Shown here in pieces: positions 1 to 13,265 of a stretch of DNA of 64,000 nt; positions within the stretch are counted from its first letter, which is position 1, and every line of letters starts with the position of its first letter. The position numbers were made by a program, and so were the translations under genes. The notes under the pieces were generated by a model. The model was given only the letters and a program-made list of their open reading frames with translations, searched no databases and was not told the DNA's origin. Where the stretch lies: NCBI RefSeq assembly GCF_009914755.1, contig NC_060928.1. One strand, 5' to 3'. This DNA is from the human T2T-CHM13v2.0 reference genome, Homo sapiens.

Positions 1-164
1 ATTTATTTTTAGTGTATTTTTCTAAAACTATGGAAGTAATTGTATAATCCTCCTTCCTTAATCTTTTAATATGGCATGCTTACATACATTTTTTAAGGTT
101 GTATTATCCTTGAATTCCTGATGTAAGTGTTTTTGTAATACAGTAAAAGCTTTATTTAATTTAA

Positions 165-270
165 AATTTTCATTTTGGAATAATTTCAGACTTACAGAAA
201 AGTTGACTTAATAGTACCAATAACTACTATGTATCAAAAGTCCCCAACTGTAACATTATACTATAATCCC
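165..270 (-). mobile_element. Old L1 (L1MC/MD-like) 3' UTR fragment
   Basis: aatttcagacttacagaaaagttg...aatagtac resembles the antisense L1MC/MD 3' end; degenerate. Confidence 0.5.
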
Positions 271-316
271 TTTACCATTGTCTTTTTCCTTAAAAGACTC
301 AGAGGTTTTGTTCGTT

Positions 317-720
317 CAAGGCATTCTCTTAAAGTTGTACTTGAATCAAAGAAGAAATTTACAGGGAAGTTGGAAAACCTTTCATAATGAATAATAATGA
401 TACTACAATATATCTCATTTTGTGGGATGCAAACGTAGTAGTATTTAAAAATATTTATAGTTTTGTGTATTGATCCTAGAAAAGATAACGCAAAATCAAT
501 TATCTAAACATCCACAATAAGCTACCAAAACAGATTACACTGAAACTAAAGGAAGAAGAAGAATGGCAACAGCAAATGTAAAAGTAGAAATTAGGGACAG
601 AGAAAAATACAAGGAAAAATTTGTTCTGTGAAAGATTAATATATTTGTTTGACATATGGTAAGTCTAATAACAAAAAAACACACCAATATAAGGAATTTT
701 TTAAATAACATTATGTACAG
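317..720 (+). mobile_element. Old L1M ORF2 fragment (just downstream of endonuclease)
   Basis: tcaaagaagaaatttacagggaag...tgtgggatgca...tagaaaaga...aaaatcaattatcta resembles L1M ORF2. Confidence 0.65.
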
Positions 721-734
721 AATGTACAGAGGTG

Positions 735-1037
735 TATAGTTTATTTTCCAAATAGCTTGTGTTTTTCTAAGTATCTTATTTTTATTGATTTCTAACTTAA
801 TATGCTTGTGATCAGAGAATGTACTTTCTATGATATAAAAAATTCAAATATATTGAGATGATGTATGACTTATCATATATTCTATCTTGTTAAATGTTTG
901 ATAGCATTTACCAATTGAAAAACATATATTGGTTATAAATGTCAAATATTTATTTCTGTTTTATTTTTTAACTCCTCTATTTTCATACTGATAGAGTATT
1001 CATTTGATCAAGTGGTGATGGAAAGGTGTTAAATTGT
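735..1037 (-). mobile_element. Old L1M ORF2 endonuclease-region fragment (continues at 3815-4030)
   Basis: ttattgatttctaacttaat...gtgatcagagaatgtactt...tatgat is antisense L1M ORF2. Confidence 0.65.
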
Positions 1038-1320
1038 CTTTATTTTATTTTAATGGTTTTGGGGGAAGAGGTGGTTTTTGGTTACATGATGAGTTATTTA
1101 GCAGGGGTTTCTGAGATTTTGATGCACCCATCACCCAAGCAGTGTACACTGTACACAATGTGTGGTCTCCTTCACCCTCCTTCCACCTTTCCCTTCAAGT
1201 CCCCAAAGTCCATTATATCATTCTTAGGTTTTTGTGTCCTTGCAGATTAGCTCCCACTTATAAGTAAGAAAATGCAATGTTTGATTTTCCACTCCCGAGT
1301 TACTTCACTTAGAATAGTAA

Positions 1321-1734
<414 letters not shown>

Positions 1735-3097
1735 TAGTATTCCATGCCACATTTTCTTTATCTATTCATTGGTTGATGGGCATTTAGATTGGTTCCACAT
1801 TTTTACAATTGCAAACTGTGCTGCTATAATGTGCATTTGTCTTCTTCATATAATGACATCTTTTCCTCTAGATAGATACCTAGTAGTGGGATTGCTGGAT
1901 CAAATGGAGGTACTACTTTTAGTTCTTTAAGGCATCTCCAAACTGTTTTCCACAGTGGTTATACTAGTTTACATTCCCACCATTAATGTAAAAGTGTTCC
2001 CTTTTCACCACATCCATGTCAATATCTATTATATTTTGATTTTTGAAGTATGGCCATTCTTGCAAGAATAAGGTGATATCTCGTGTTTTTAATTTGCATT
2101 TCCCAGATAATTAGTGATGCTGAGTATTTTTTCATGTATTTGTGGGCCATTTGCATATCTTCTTTTAAGAATTTTCTATTCATGTCCTTAGTCCACTTTT
2201 TGATGGAATTTTTCTCTTTCTCTTGCTGATGTGTTTGAGTTCCTTGTGGATTCTGGATATCAGTGCTTTGTCGGATGTATAGATTGTGAAGATTTTCTCC
2301 TACTCTGTGGATTGTCTTTTGCTGATTATTTATTTTGCTGTACGAAACTTTTTAGTTTAATTATTAAAGTTCAATCTATTTATCTTTGTTTTTGTTGTGT
2401 TTGCTTTTGGTTTCTTGGTCGTGAATAACCAAGCCAATGTTTTGAATGTTTTTTCCAATGTTATCTTGTAGAACTTTTATGGTTTATGATCTTAGATTTA
2501 AGACTTTGATCCACCTTGAGTTGATTTTTGTATAAGGTGAGAAATGAGAATTCAGTTTCATATTTCTACATGTGGCTTTCCAAATATTGCAGCACCATTT
2601 GTTGAATAGGGTGTCTTTTCCAAACTTTATGTTTTTATTTGCTTTGTTGAAGATCAGTTGGCTGCTAAGTATTTGGTTTCATTTCTGGGTTCTCTATTCT
2701 GTTTCATTGGTCTATGTGCCTATTTTTATACCAGTACCATGCTGTTTTGGTAATGATGTCTTGTAATATAGTTTGAAGTTGGGTAATGTGATACATCCAG
2801 ATTTATTATTTTTGCTTGGTCTCGCTTTGGCTAGGCAGGGTCTTTTTTGGTTCTATATGAATTTTAGGATTATTTTTTCTAGTTCTGTGAAGAATGATGA
2901 TGATGGTATTTTTAGGAGAATTGCATTGAATCTGTATATTGTTTTGGACAGTATGGTCATTTTCACAATATTGATTCTACCCATCCACTAGCATGAGATA
3001 TGTTTCTATTTGTTTCTGTTGTCAATGATATCTTTCAGCAGTGTTTTGTAGTTTTCCTCGAAGAGATCTTCCACCTCCTTGGCTTTGTATATTCCTA

Positions 3098-3099
<2 letters not shown>

Positions 3100-3152
<53 letters not shown>

Positions 3153-3175
3153 TATGTGTATATATATACATGTAT

Positions 3176-3218
<43 letters not shown>

Positions 3219-3226
3219 CACACATA
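3100..3226. repeat. Compound (TA)n/(CA)n microsatellite
   Basis: Directly visible alternating purine-pyrimidine tract. Confidence 0.97.
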
Positions 3227-3814
3227 GCAGTTGTTGTAAAAGGGATTCAGTTCTTGATTCGATTCTCAGCTTGGTTGTTGTTGGTGTATAGCAGTGCTAA
3301 TGATTTGTGTACATTGATTTAGTGTCCTGAAACTTAACTGAATTTATCAGATCTAGAAGCTCTTTAGATGAGTCTTTAGAGTTATCTACGTATACAATTA
3401 TATCATTGGAAAACAGTGACAGTTTGATCTGCTCTTTACTGACTTGGATGCCCTATATTTCCTTCTTTTGTCTGGTTGCTCTGGCTAGGACTTCCAGAGC
3501 TATGGTTAATAGATGTGGTGAGTGGGCATCATATTCTCAGGGGGAATGCTTTTAAACTTTTCCCTGTTCAGTGTGATGTTGGCTGTGGGTTTGTTATAGA
3601 TGGCTTGTATTACCTTGAGGTATGCTCCTTCTATGCCAATTATGCTGAGTATTTCAATCATAAAGAGATTCTGAATTTTGCCAAATGTTTTTTTCTGTGT
3701 CTATTGAGATGATCATATAATTTTTGTTTTTAATTATGTTTATGTGATGTATCATATTTATGACTTGTATATGTTAAACCATCCCTGCGTCACTGGTATA
3801 AAACCCACTTGAAA

Positions 3815-4030
3815 TCCTTAGATTATAAATTTGGCTGTTCTTTTTTAGCTATGTAAAATTTTACTTTATATAATTTGAAGTTATATTATTAAGAGCATAA
3901 GAATTTAAAATTGTTTTGTCTTTTAAGTGAATCAATTATTTTATTATTAGAAAATGTTTCTCTTTCTCTTTTGTACTGTTTTTCCTCTGAAGTCTACTTT
4001 AGCTGATATTCACATTAGAATTCATATGTT
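3815..4030 (-). mobile_element. Old L1M ORF2 endonuclease fragment, continuation of 735-1037
   Basis: tttgaagttatattattaagagcata...ctctgaagtctactttagctgatatt is antisense L1M ORF2 start. Confidence 0.65.
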
Positions 4031-4039
4031 TTTATAACA

Positions 4040-4232
4040 CTGGAACTTATTCCAGACACAGGGCATAATAAGGACTAGGTTTGTACTCTTGCCTTAAATA
4101 AACTAAGAAATTTTTGATAAAATATACATATCAATGGTCTTCAGACAGTGAATATCAGATAGTATAGGACAGTGGCCTCAAGACAGGGAAAACGAACGTA
4201 TGAACTAAATCATCCGTCCATCTTATTGCCTT
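4040..4232 (+). mobile_element. Ancient L1M 5'-end fragment
   Basis: gataaaatatacatatcaatggtcttcagacagtgaatatcag...aggacagtg...agacagggaaaac resembles old L1M 5' ends. Confidence 0.5.
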
Positions 4233-4366
4233 TACTGAACACGGAATAAATTTTCTGAGATTGGATCAATAGAAGTATAATCATAAATACAAGTAAATGG
4301 ATATGACACATTGACGAAGTATTAAATTTTTTATGCACAAGAAACATCATCAAAATGAGTTAAATT

Positions 4367-6040
4367 TACATTTAAGTCTTTAATTCATCGAGTCAATTTT
4401 TTGTATATGATGTAAAGAAGGGATCTAGTTTCAATTTTCTATATGGCTAGCTGCTTATCCCAGCATCAATTATTTAACAGGGAGTCCTTTTCCCATTGCT
4501 TGGTTTTTTCGGGTTTGTTGAAGATCAGATGGTTATAGATGTATGGTCTTATGTCTGAGTTCTCTATTCTGTTCCACTGGTTTATGTGTCTGTTCTTGCA
4601 CAAATACTATGCTGCTCGGATTACTGTAGTCCTGTAGTATAGTTTGAAGTCGGGTAATGTGATGCCTCCAACTTTGTTCTATTTGGGCTCTTTTATGGTT
4701 CCATATGAATTTTATAATAGATTTTTCTAGTTCTGAGAAGAATGTCAGTAGTAGTTTAATGGGAATAGCATTGAGCCTATAAATTGTTTTGGGCTGTATG
4801 GCCATTTTAATGATATTGATTCTTCTTGTCCATGAGCATGGAATGTTTTTCATATTCATTTTCGTCATCTCTGATTTCCTTGGGCAGTGGTTTGTGGACT
4901 GCAAAAACCTTGGAAGACCACCTGGGATATACCATTCAGAACATAGGCACGGGCAAAGATTTCAGGATGAAGACACCAAAAGCAATTGTGACAAAAGCAG
5001 AAATTGACAAATGGGATCTAATTAAATTAAAGAGCTTCTGCACAGCAAAAAAAAAAAAAAAAAACAAACTATCTTCAGAACGAATAGACACCTACAGAAT
5101 GGGATAAAATTTTGGCAAAACATGCATCTGACAAAAGTCTAACATCCAGCATCTACAAGGAACTTCGCCAAATTTACAAGAAAAAAACAAGGCCTTTAAA
5201 AAGTGAGCAAAGGAAATGAACAGGCACTTCTCAAAAGATGACATACATGCTGTCAACAAGCATATAAAAAAACTTCAACATCACTGATCGTTAGAGAAAT
5301 GCAAATCAAAACCACAATAAGATACCAACTCATGCCAGTAAGAATGACTATTACTGAAAAGTTATAAAGCAGATTCTGGTGAGATTGTGTGGAAATAGGA
5401 ACACTTTACATGGTTGGTGGGAGGGTAAATTAGTTCAACCATTGTGGAAAACAGTGTGGTAATTCCTCAAAGACCTAAAGACAGAATTACCATTCGACAC
5501 AGCAATCCCATTAATGAGAATATGCCTAAAAGATTGTAAATTGTTCTATTGTAAAGACATATGCATGCATATGTTCCTTGCAGCACTATACACAATAGCA
5601 AATACATGAAATTAATCCAAATGACCATCAATGATAGACTGGATAAAGAAAGTATGGTACATATACACCATGGAATACCAAGAAGCCACAAAAAAAAATG
5701 AGATCATGTCCTTTGCAGGGACATGGATGGAGTTGGAGGTCATTATCCTAAGCAAACTAAAGCAGGAACAGAAAACCAAATACTGCATGTTCTCACTTTT
5801 AAGTGGAAGCTAAATGACGAGAACATGGACACATAGAGAGGAACAATACACACTGGGGCCTATCTGAGGGTGGAGGGTTGGGGGATGGAGAGAAGCAGGA
5901 AACATAACTAATTGATACTAGGCATAATACCTGGGTGATGAAATAATCTGTACAACCAACCCCCATAATGCACATTTGCTTATGTAACCTGCATATCTTA
6001 CACATGTACCTAGATCTTAAAATAGAAGTTTAAAAAAGAA
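4367..6040 (+). mobile_element. 5'-inverted (twin-primed) L1PA13-16-like insertion: 4367-4897 antisense, 4898-6040 sense
   Basis: Perfect 16-bp TSD caaaatgagttaaatt at 4351-4366 and 6041-6056; ORF2 peptides on both strands ([18 protein letters not shown] minus; [16 protein letters not shown] plus); 3' UTR cctgggtgatgaaataatctgtacaac. Confidence 0.93.
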
Positions 6041-6409
6041 CAAAATGAGTTAAATTATTGTGTAATTATTTCAAATTAAATTACATATACCAACGTGTTG
6101 AGATCTATTGATTGTGAAGAGTTCTTTTACTCATCTGACAAGCATTTAGTGTTAAGTGTTCTATTTGCTAGGCAATAGGAAATAGAAGCTGGAAAAAGAA
6201 TGCTGAAGAAGATGCCCATGCCATTAAGAAATTTGTATATATTTATATATACATATGTATACACACATATTATTTGTATTTATTAGAACAAATTAAGACA
6301 TTAATGAACAACGGTGCAAATAGCAATTAACAATAACAAAAGTAACAAAATAATATAAAATATTGAGAAAATATCTGGTAATCAGAGTGTTTGCTTCTAC
6401 TTCCTGAGA

Positions 6410-6900
6410 TTTCAACAACTTAAAATAACTCTTTTATTTAGCTCATGATTCTGTGGATCAGCTGAACAGTTCTGATCTAGGTTGGTTTTGGTGACCTCAG
6501 GGAGCTCATTCATGCTTCTGTGGTTGTGAGTTAAGAGCCTGGTTGGTGGCTGATGATTCTGTATGGCCTTCTACACTTATCTAGCCATTGGCTCGGTGTC
6601 TGCAGGGCTGGCTTCATTCCTTTATTTTCTCCAGATGGCCTCTCATCCTCCAGCAGGTTATGTCCTTTTGTATGATGGCCTTAGTGATTCAAGGACACCA
6701 AAAGAGTGCTCATCATTGTACAAGCACTTTTCCAAGCTGCTTGTGTCATTTTCTCTAATATTGCATTGGCCAAAGAAAGCAACATGATCACGGCATATTT
6801 AGGGCATAGAGAAATAGATTCACTTCCTGGATGGGAAGATGTACACCTTCACATTGCAGGAGTATGGCCAGAGCAAGTGGACATTTGTGACTACTTTTTA
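6410..6900 (-). mobile_element. MaLR LTR (MLT1G/H-like)
   Basis: tttagctcatgattctgtgg...ctctcatcctccagcagg...cattggccaaagaaagc...gggaagatg are MLT1 hallmarks. Confidence 0.75.
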
Positions 6901-7268
6901 ATAGGATATTTCCCAAAGATACTAACTTAAGGGCATATGGCCATTTTTATACATTAAGACATAAAGAAGTAAAATCATTCAATATCATCAAGAGTATAAT
7001 AAATTAAACTTCAGTATCTTTTGAACATGTCTATCAAAGCATTAAGCTTTTTGTTTTATAATTCTCTCAGTTTTTAGGGAGTGAACACTGAAAACAGGTG
7101 ATTCTGTTATATTCACTTTCCAAATACACAGCTCGAAATCTGGCATGTGGTAAGTACTGAAATGTTTGTAACAAGAATGAATAAGTCCTCAAAAATCTAA
7201 ACATAGAATTATCATATGAGCCCAAAAAATCTACTTCTAGATACCTAGTCCAAGAAATTGAATGTAGG

Positions 7269-7658
7269 TGTGTTAGTTAGCTAAAGCTGCCATAACAAAA
7301 TGCCACAGATCGCATGGCTTAAACAACAGAAATCTATGTTTTCACGATTCTGGAGGCTAGAAGTTGAAATCAAGGTGTCTTCGGGATTAATTTCTTCTGA
7401 GGCCTCCCGCCTTGGCTTGCAGATGGCCCTACCTTCTCTCCAAAGTCTTCATATAATTTTCTCTCCGTGTGTATCTGTGTCCTAATCTTTTCAGTTTATA
7501 AGGACATTGGTCATAATGGATTATGGTCCCCCCAGGTATTACATTTAACTTTAATTACCTCTTTAAAGACCCTCTCTTCAAACACAGTCACATTCTAAGT
7601 TAACTAGGGGTTAGAATTTTAACAAGAATTTTTGAGGAGAACGCTTCAGCCTATAACA
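7269..7658 (-). mobile_element. MLT1A/A0-like solo LTR
   Basis: TG...CA ends; gctgccataacaaaatgccacag...ggcttaaacaacagaaat...ttctggaggctagaagt...cagcctataaca; degenerate 5-bp TSD gtagg/gtgga. Confidence 0.88.
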
Positions 7659-8026
7659 GTGGAGATTCGAGCCAATATTTTGACATCAATGTTCATTGCA
7701 GCATTATTCACAATAGCAAAAAGAGAGAAACAACTCATGTCCATCGACAGATGAATGGATGAACAAAATGTGGATAAACAAAATATATCTGTATATTATT
7801 CATATATATGTACATATATCAGTATATCTTATTAATATAAATATGTTTATGTTTATTATTCATTAAAAATAAAATGTTAAATGTTGCAACATAGATGAAA
7901 CTTGAAATTTAAGTGACAAGTCAGACTCAAAAAGACAAATATTGTCTGATTCTACCTATATGACACATCTAGAATAAGCAAAATCATACAGACAGAAAGT
8001 GAATTAGAGGATTATTAGTTACCTGA

Positions 8027-8351
<325 letters not shown>

Positions 8352-8614
8352 GTGTTATTGTTAATGGTTACAGAATTTCCATCTGGTGTGATGAAAAATT
8401 TTTGGAAGTACTAATAGTGATGGTTGCATAACAATTTAAATGTAATTAATGCCATTGAATTGTACACTTAAATGCTTAAAATGGCAAATTTTATTCATGC
8501 CACATATATTTTATCACCATATTAAAAAATTAATAATGTAATATACTAAAAAACATTGAATCATATACTTTAAATTGGTGAATTGTACAGTATATACATT
8601 TTATTTTAACAAAG

Positions 8615-10716
8615 TATTTTTTTAACTTCCAGGGCACATGTGCAGGATGCACAGGTTTGTTACATAGGTAAACATGTGCCATGGGTGGTTTGCAGCACCT
8701 AGCAACCCATCACTGAAGTATTAAGCCCAGCATGAATTAACTATTTTTCCTAATACTCTCCCACCTCACCCCACAACAGGAACAACAGTATGTGTTGTTA
8801 CCCTCCCTGTGTCCCTGTGTTCTCATTTTTCGGCTCCCACTTATGAGTGAGACCACGCAGTGTTTGGTTTTCTGCTCTTGCGTTAGTTTGCTGAGGATAA
8901 TGGCTTCCAGCTCCATCTATGTCCCTATAAAGAACATAATGTCATTCCTTTTTGTGGCTGCGTAGTATTCTATGATTTATTATTAATGGACATTTGGGTT
9001 GACTCCATGTCTTTGCTATTGTAATTAGTGCTGCATTGAACATACATGTAAATGTATTATTATCATAGAATGATTTATATTCCTTTAGGTGTATACCCAG
9101 TAATGCGATTGCTGGGTCAAATGTTATTTCTGGTACTACATCTTTGAGGAATCATGATACTGTCTTCCACAGTGGTTGAACTAATTTACATTCCCACTAA
9201 CAGTGTAAAAGTTTTCCTATCTCTCCACAGTCTTGCCCGCATCTACTTTTTCTTGACTTTTTAATAATGGCCTTTTAAATAATATTTTAATAATAATTTA
9301 ATTAAATTATTATTAATTTAATAATTTAATTAAATTTTAAATAATAATTTAATTAAAATGACTTTTTAATAATAGTTTTCTGACTAGTGGAGATAGTATC
9401 TCATGGTGGTTTTAATTTGCATTTCTCTAATAATCAGTGATGTTGAGCTCTTTTTCATATGCTTGTTGGCCACATGTATGTCATCTTTTGGGAAGTGTCT
9501 GTTCATGTCCTTTGCCCAGTTTTTAAGGGGGTTGTTCATTTTTTCTTGTAAATTTGTTTAAGCTCCCTGTAGACTCTCGATATTAGACATTTGTCAGATG
9601 GATAGGTTGCAAAAATTTTCTCCCATTCTCTAGTTTGTTCACTTTCATGACAGTTTCTTTTGTTTTGCAGAAGCTCTTAACTTTAATTAGACCCCATTTG
9701 TTAAGTTTTGCTTTTGTTGCAGTTGCTTTTCACATTTTCTTCATGAAATCTTTGCCCATGCCTATAGCCTGAATGGTATTGCCTAGATTTTCTTCTAGGG
9801 TTTTTACAGTTTTAGGTTTTAAATTTATGCCTTTTATCCATCTTGAGTTAATTTTTGTATAAGGTGTAAGGAATGGGTTGGTCCAATTTCAATTTTCTGC
9901 ATATGGCCAGCCAGTTCTCCCAGCACCATTTATTAAACAGGGAATCCTTTTCCTATTGCTTTTTTTGGTCAGGTTTGTCGAAGATCAGATGGTTGTAGAT
10001 GTGTGGTCTTATTTCTGGGTTCTGTATTTTTTTCCATTGGTCTATGTGTCTGTTTTTGTATCAGCACCATGCTGTTTTGGTTACTGCAGTTTTGCAGTAT
10101 AGTTTGAAGCTGGGTAGTGTGATGTCTCTAGTTTTGTTGTTTTTTCTTAGGATTGTCTTGGCTATTCAGGTTCTCTTTTGGTTCCATATGAATTTTAAAA
10201 CAGTTTATTTTTTTCTAATTCTGTGAAAAATATCAATGGTAGTTTGATGGGAATAGCTTTGAATCTATAAATTACTTTGGGCAGTGTCACCATTTTCATG
10301 ATATTGATTCTTCCTATCTAAAGCTTGGAATGATTTTTCATCTGTTTGTGTCCTCTCTAACTTTCTTTAGCAGTGGTTTGTAGTTCTCCTTTAAAAGGTC
10401 TTTATTTCCCTTGTTAACCATATTCCTAGGTATGTTTTTTCTTTGTAGTGATTGTGAATTGGAGTTCATTAATGATTTCTCTCTCTGCTTTTCTTTTGTT
10501 GGTGTATAGGAATGCTTGTGATATTTGCACATTGATTTTGTATCCTGAGATTTTGCTGAAGTTGCTTATCAGCTTAAGAAGCTTTTGGGATGAGGTTTTC
10601 TAGATATAGGATTATGTCATCTGCAAACAACGTCAATTTGATTTCTGATCTTCCCATTTGAATACCTTTCTTTCTTTCTCTTGCCTTGGCCAGAACTACT
10701 TCTATGTTGAATAGGA
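8615..10716 (-). mobile_element. 5'-truncated L1PA (about PA10-11)
   Basis: acatgtgcaggatg...tattaagcccagcatg 3' UTR and antisense ORF2; probable TSD core aacaaag at 8608 and 10723. Confidence 0.9.
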
Positions 10717-10766
10717 ATGTTGAACAAAGCTGTTTTTAAAAAAGAATGAAACTGTTATTGTTGTGT

Positions 10767-11503
10767 TCTTCCAAGATGGTGGACTGGAGGCATTGTTAGC
10801 ATGCCTCCAAATAAAGTATAGAGAGTCACACTGTGAACTTTTTTTCAAGAAGCAGTACAGTAACTTAACAGAAAAATGGAAAGAAACCACGGAGTCATTG
10901 AAAGAATCATCAGGCAGCAGTCTACACCATGAACCAGATAGAAAATGTGAGTCTCCAGAGTGTAAGGTGGAGAGAGATTGACACAATGACACACCCTCCG
11001 ACAAGACAGCTGTGAAAACCAGGCCATGGGGGAAACCCTTACCCCTATTCAGTGCTGGAGCTGATTTAGTGAGCAGTGGGAAATATATGAGAAGGAGCGG
11101 CATCGGGAGGTGCTTTGCATGCACACCAACTCCAGAAAGAATGAAGGGAAGCCATTCCCGGTCCCACCTCACAGGAGACTCCACAGAAGTCAGCCAGCTG
11201 ACTCAGTTGGTGATCACAGGTTAAGAGAAGCTCACAATGAGATTTGTGATATCATCTTGAGTGAGGATGAACCCCATTGGCCAGAACCAAAGAGCAAGTA
11301 GGAAGGGTGCTATAGCCATGAGCACAGAAGCTAGACATCACTGCTTCATAGGCAGACTGAGAGGGGCATGGCCTGAAAGCTGCTGTTTCTGACTCTGTCA
11401 GGGAGAATTACAGCCTGGAGGAGTTTTGAGTTCTGAGCACAGGCTGCCTGGAACTCAGGTACCTGCTAGCAGAACACTCTGAGTATGAGACGTGTCTTGC
11501 CAA
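10767..11503 (+). mobile_element. Isolated L1PB-class 5' UTR fragment
   Basis: Begins cttccaagatgg (YY1-type L1 start), then gactggaggcattgttagcatgcctc...cacactgtgaactttt; GC-richer than flanks. Confidence 0.7.
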
Positions 11504-11557
11504 GAATCTACAAGGGACTAAAAATTTAAAAATAAAAATATAAAATATTTAAAAATA

Positions 11558-11785
11558 GGCCAGGCACAGTGGGTCACACCTGTAATTCTAGCAATTGTGG
11601 GAGGCTGAGGCAGGTGGATTGCTTAAGCTCAGGAGTATGTGCCTGTAGTCCCAGCTGCTCAAGAGGCTGAGGTGGGAGGATCATTTGAGCCTGGAAGGTC
11701 GAGGCTACAGTGAGCCATGATTGCATCACTGTGCTCTAGCCTGGGAGACCCTGACTCACAAAGTAAAACATAATAAATAAAAATC
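11558..11785 (+). mobile_element. AluJ with internal deletion
   Basis: ggccaggcacagtgg...ctcaggagt joined directly to gtgcctgtagtcccagct; J-type gaggtgggaggatc and aggtcgaggct. Confidence 0.9.
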
Positions 11786-13119
11786 AATATATGAAAAATA
11801 AAAGGTGAATAAAATTAATCAATTGATTGAGATAATAGAAATATTAGCATGAATAAGGAAGAACAAAAAATTGTGTTTGCTTATTCAAGAGTAATATATC
11901 TAGGAATTCATGAAAGACATAACCCATGTGAATTAAAAGAGATGTTTATTATAGCATCATTTAAAATCTTGAAAACATAAAAATAGTGTAAATAGCCAGA
12001 AACAAAGAAATAATTAAACTATAGTACACCAACTCCACAAGAACATCATATCCTTTTAGAATATAAATGAAAAAACTACAGATGATTGTATAATATTTCT
12101 ATTATAAAATACATCTGCATAAATAACAGAATATGAACATGAAATTAGAGAAATTAGCCAAGGTTATTCTTTTTAATATTAAAATACAGATGAAATTTTC
12201 ATTGTTTTCTATATTAGTTAATTAAACATGTCAAAGTAGCACAATTCAACCTTATACCATCTATAACTGAATCAGTGACCGTTCACTAGTCTGTCCAAAA
12301 GATTTTACTTCTACTTTGGCTGATGAAAGCTCCCCAACTGCAAGACTGAAAAGCAAAACAAAATAAAACACACAAAATAGACTTCATAGTTTTGAACTAA
12401 TTCTGCAATGCTAAGGATAAGCATTTGAATTCCTTACAGAGAGTTGCCTTCATATGTGACATTCTGATGTCCAGCATAATTGTCTTAGAAAAAATACAGA
12501 TAAGAATTAAAAAGAATTAGAAACCTTAATATTCTTCTGTTTTTATTGCTAAGAATATTAAATTTCTGGTATAGTTGGATGAATAAATCCTAGTAATTCA
12601 TAGAAAATGCAGCAAAAAGATTTACATTTTGAAGATGAAGAGTAAAAAGATACGGCACATTGAACAAGCAGTGACTTGTTCAAAATATAAGTTCTTTGGA
12701 ATAATATTGCTGAAATGCCAGAGATCTGTTAGTCAATCTTAAGAAACAGCAAATGGAGGAATCTAGAAATAATAATATCAACTTCCATAAAATACAGCCA
12801 CTACTCACGAATCATATAAATAAACCATTTCTTATAATGAAGCAATAAACAATAACTTTCAGTAATAATGCCAGCCTGGTCTTTCCCCCTTCACCTCCTT
12901 ACTCACATTATTTGACTTTCATTATATGTTATGTTATGCGGTTTACAAGGTATGTTAAGTTATAAGGTCTATTGTTAAGGTATCAGTGCAATTTTGAATT
13001 AAAAAAAATATCCAAACCAAAAGTTATGTCTACTTAAATATCACTGTCTAAATTTTTTTTACCATTATTTTTCATGTAATAGTGAATTATTCATTTCCTG
13101 CAGCACCTTCCTGGGGTTA

Positions 13120-13265
13120 ACATCATTTTATATTCATTAGACCAGCAGGTCAAATGAGGCACAGAAAGGCTAACTAGTGTCTATAATTTCAGGCTTTCTA
13201 CTAACTGAGTTATGGATGAAACTTGAAACTCAGGTCCTTTATGTCCTTTGCTCTAATCAACTGAC
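13120..13265 (-). mobile_element. MIR fragment
   Basis: tgaggcacagaaaggctaac...ttgaaactcaggtc resembles the MIR core. Confidence 0.55.

Noticed and set aside
10702-11184. 160-aa minus-strand ORF, considered as an ORF0 analogue
   Set aside because: Antisense to an old L1 5' UTR; I see no similarity to L1PA ORF0 and no other coding support
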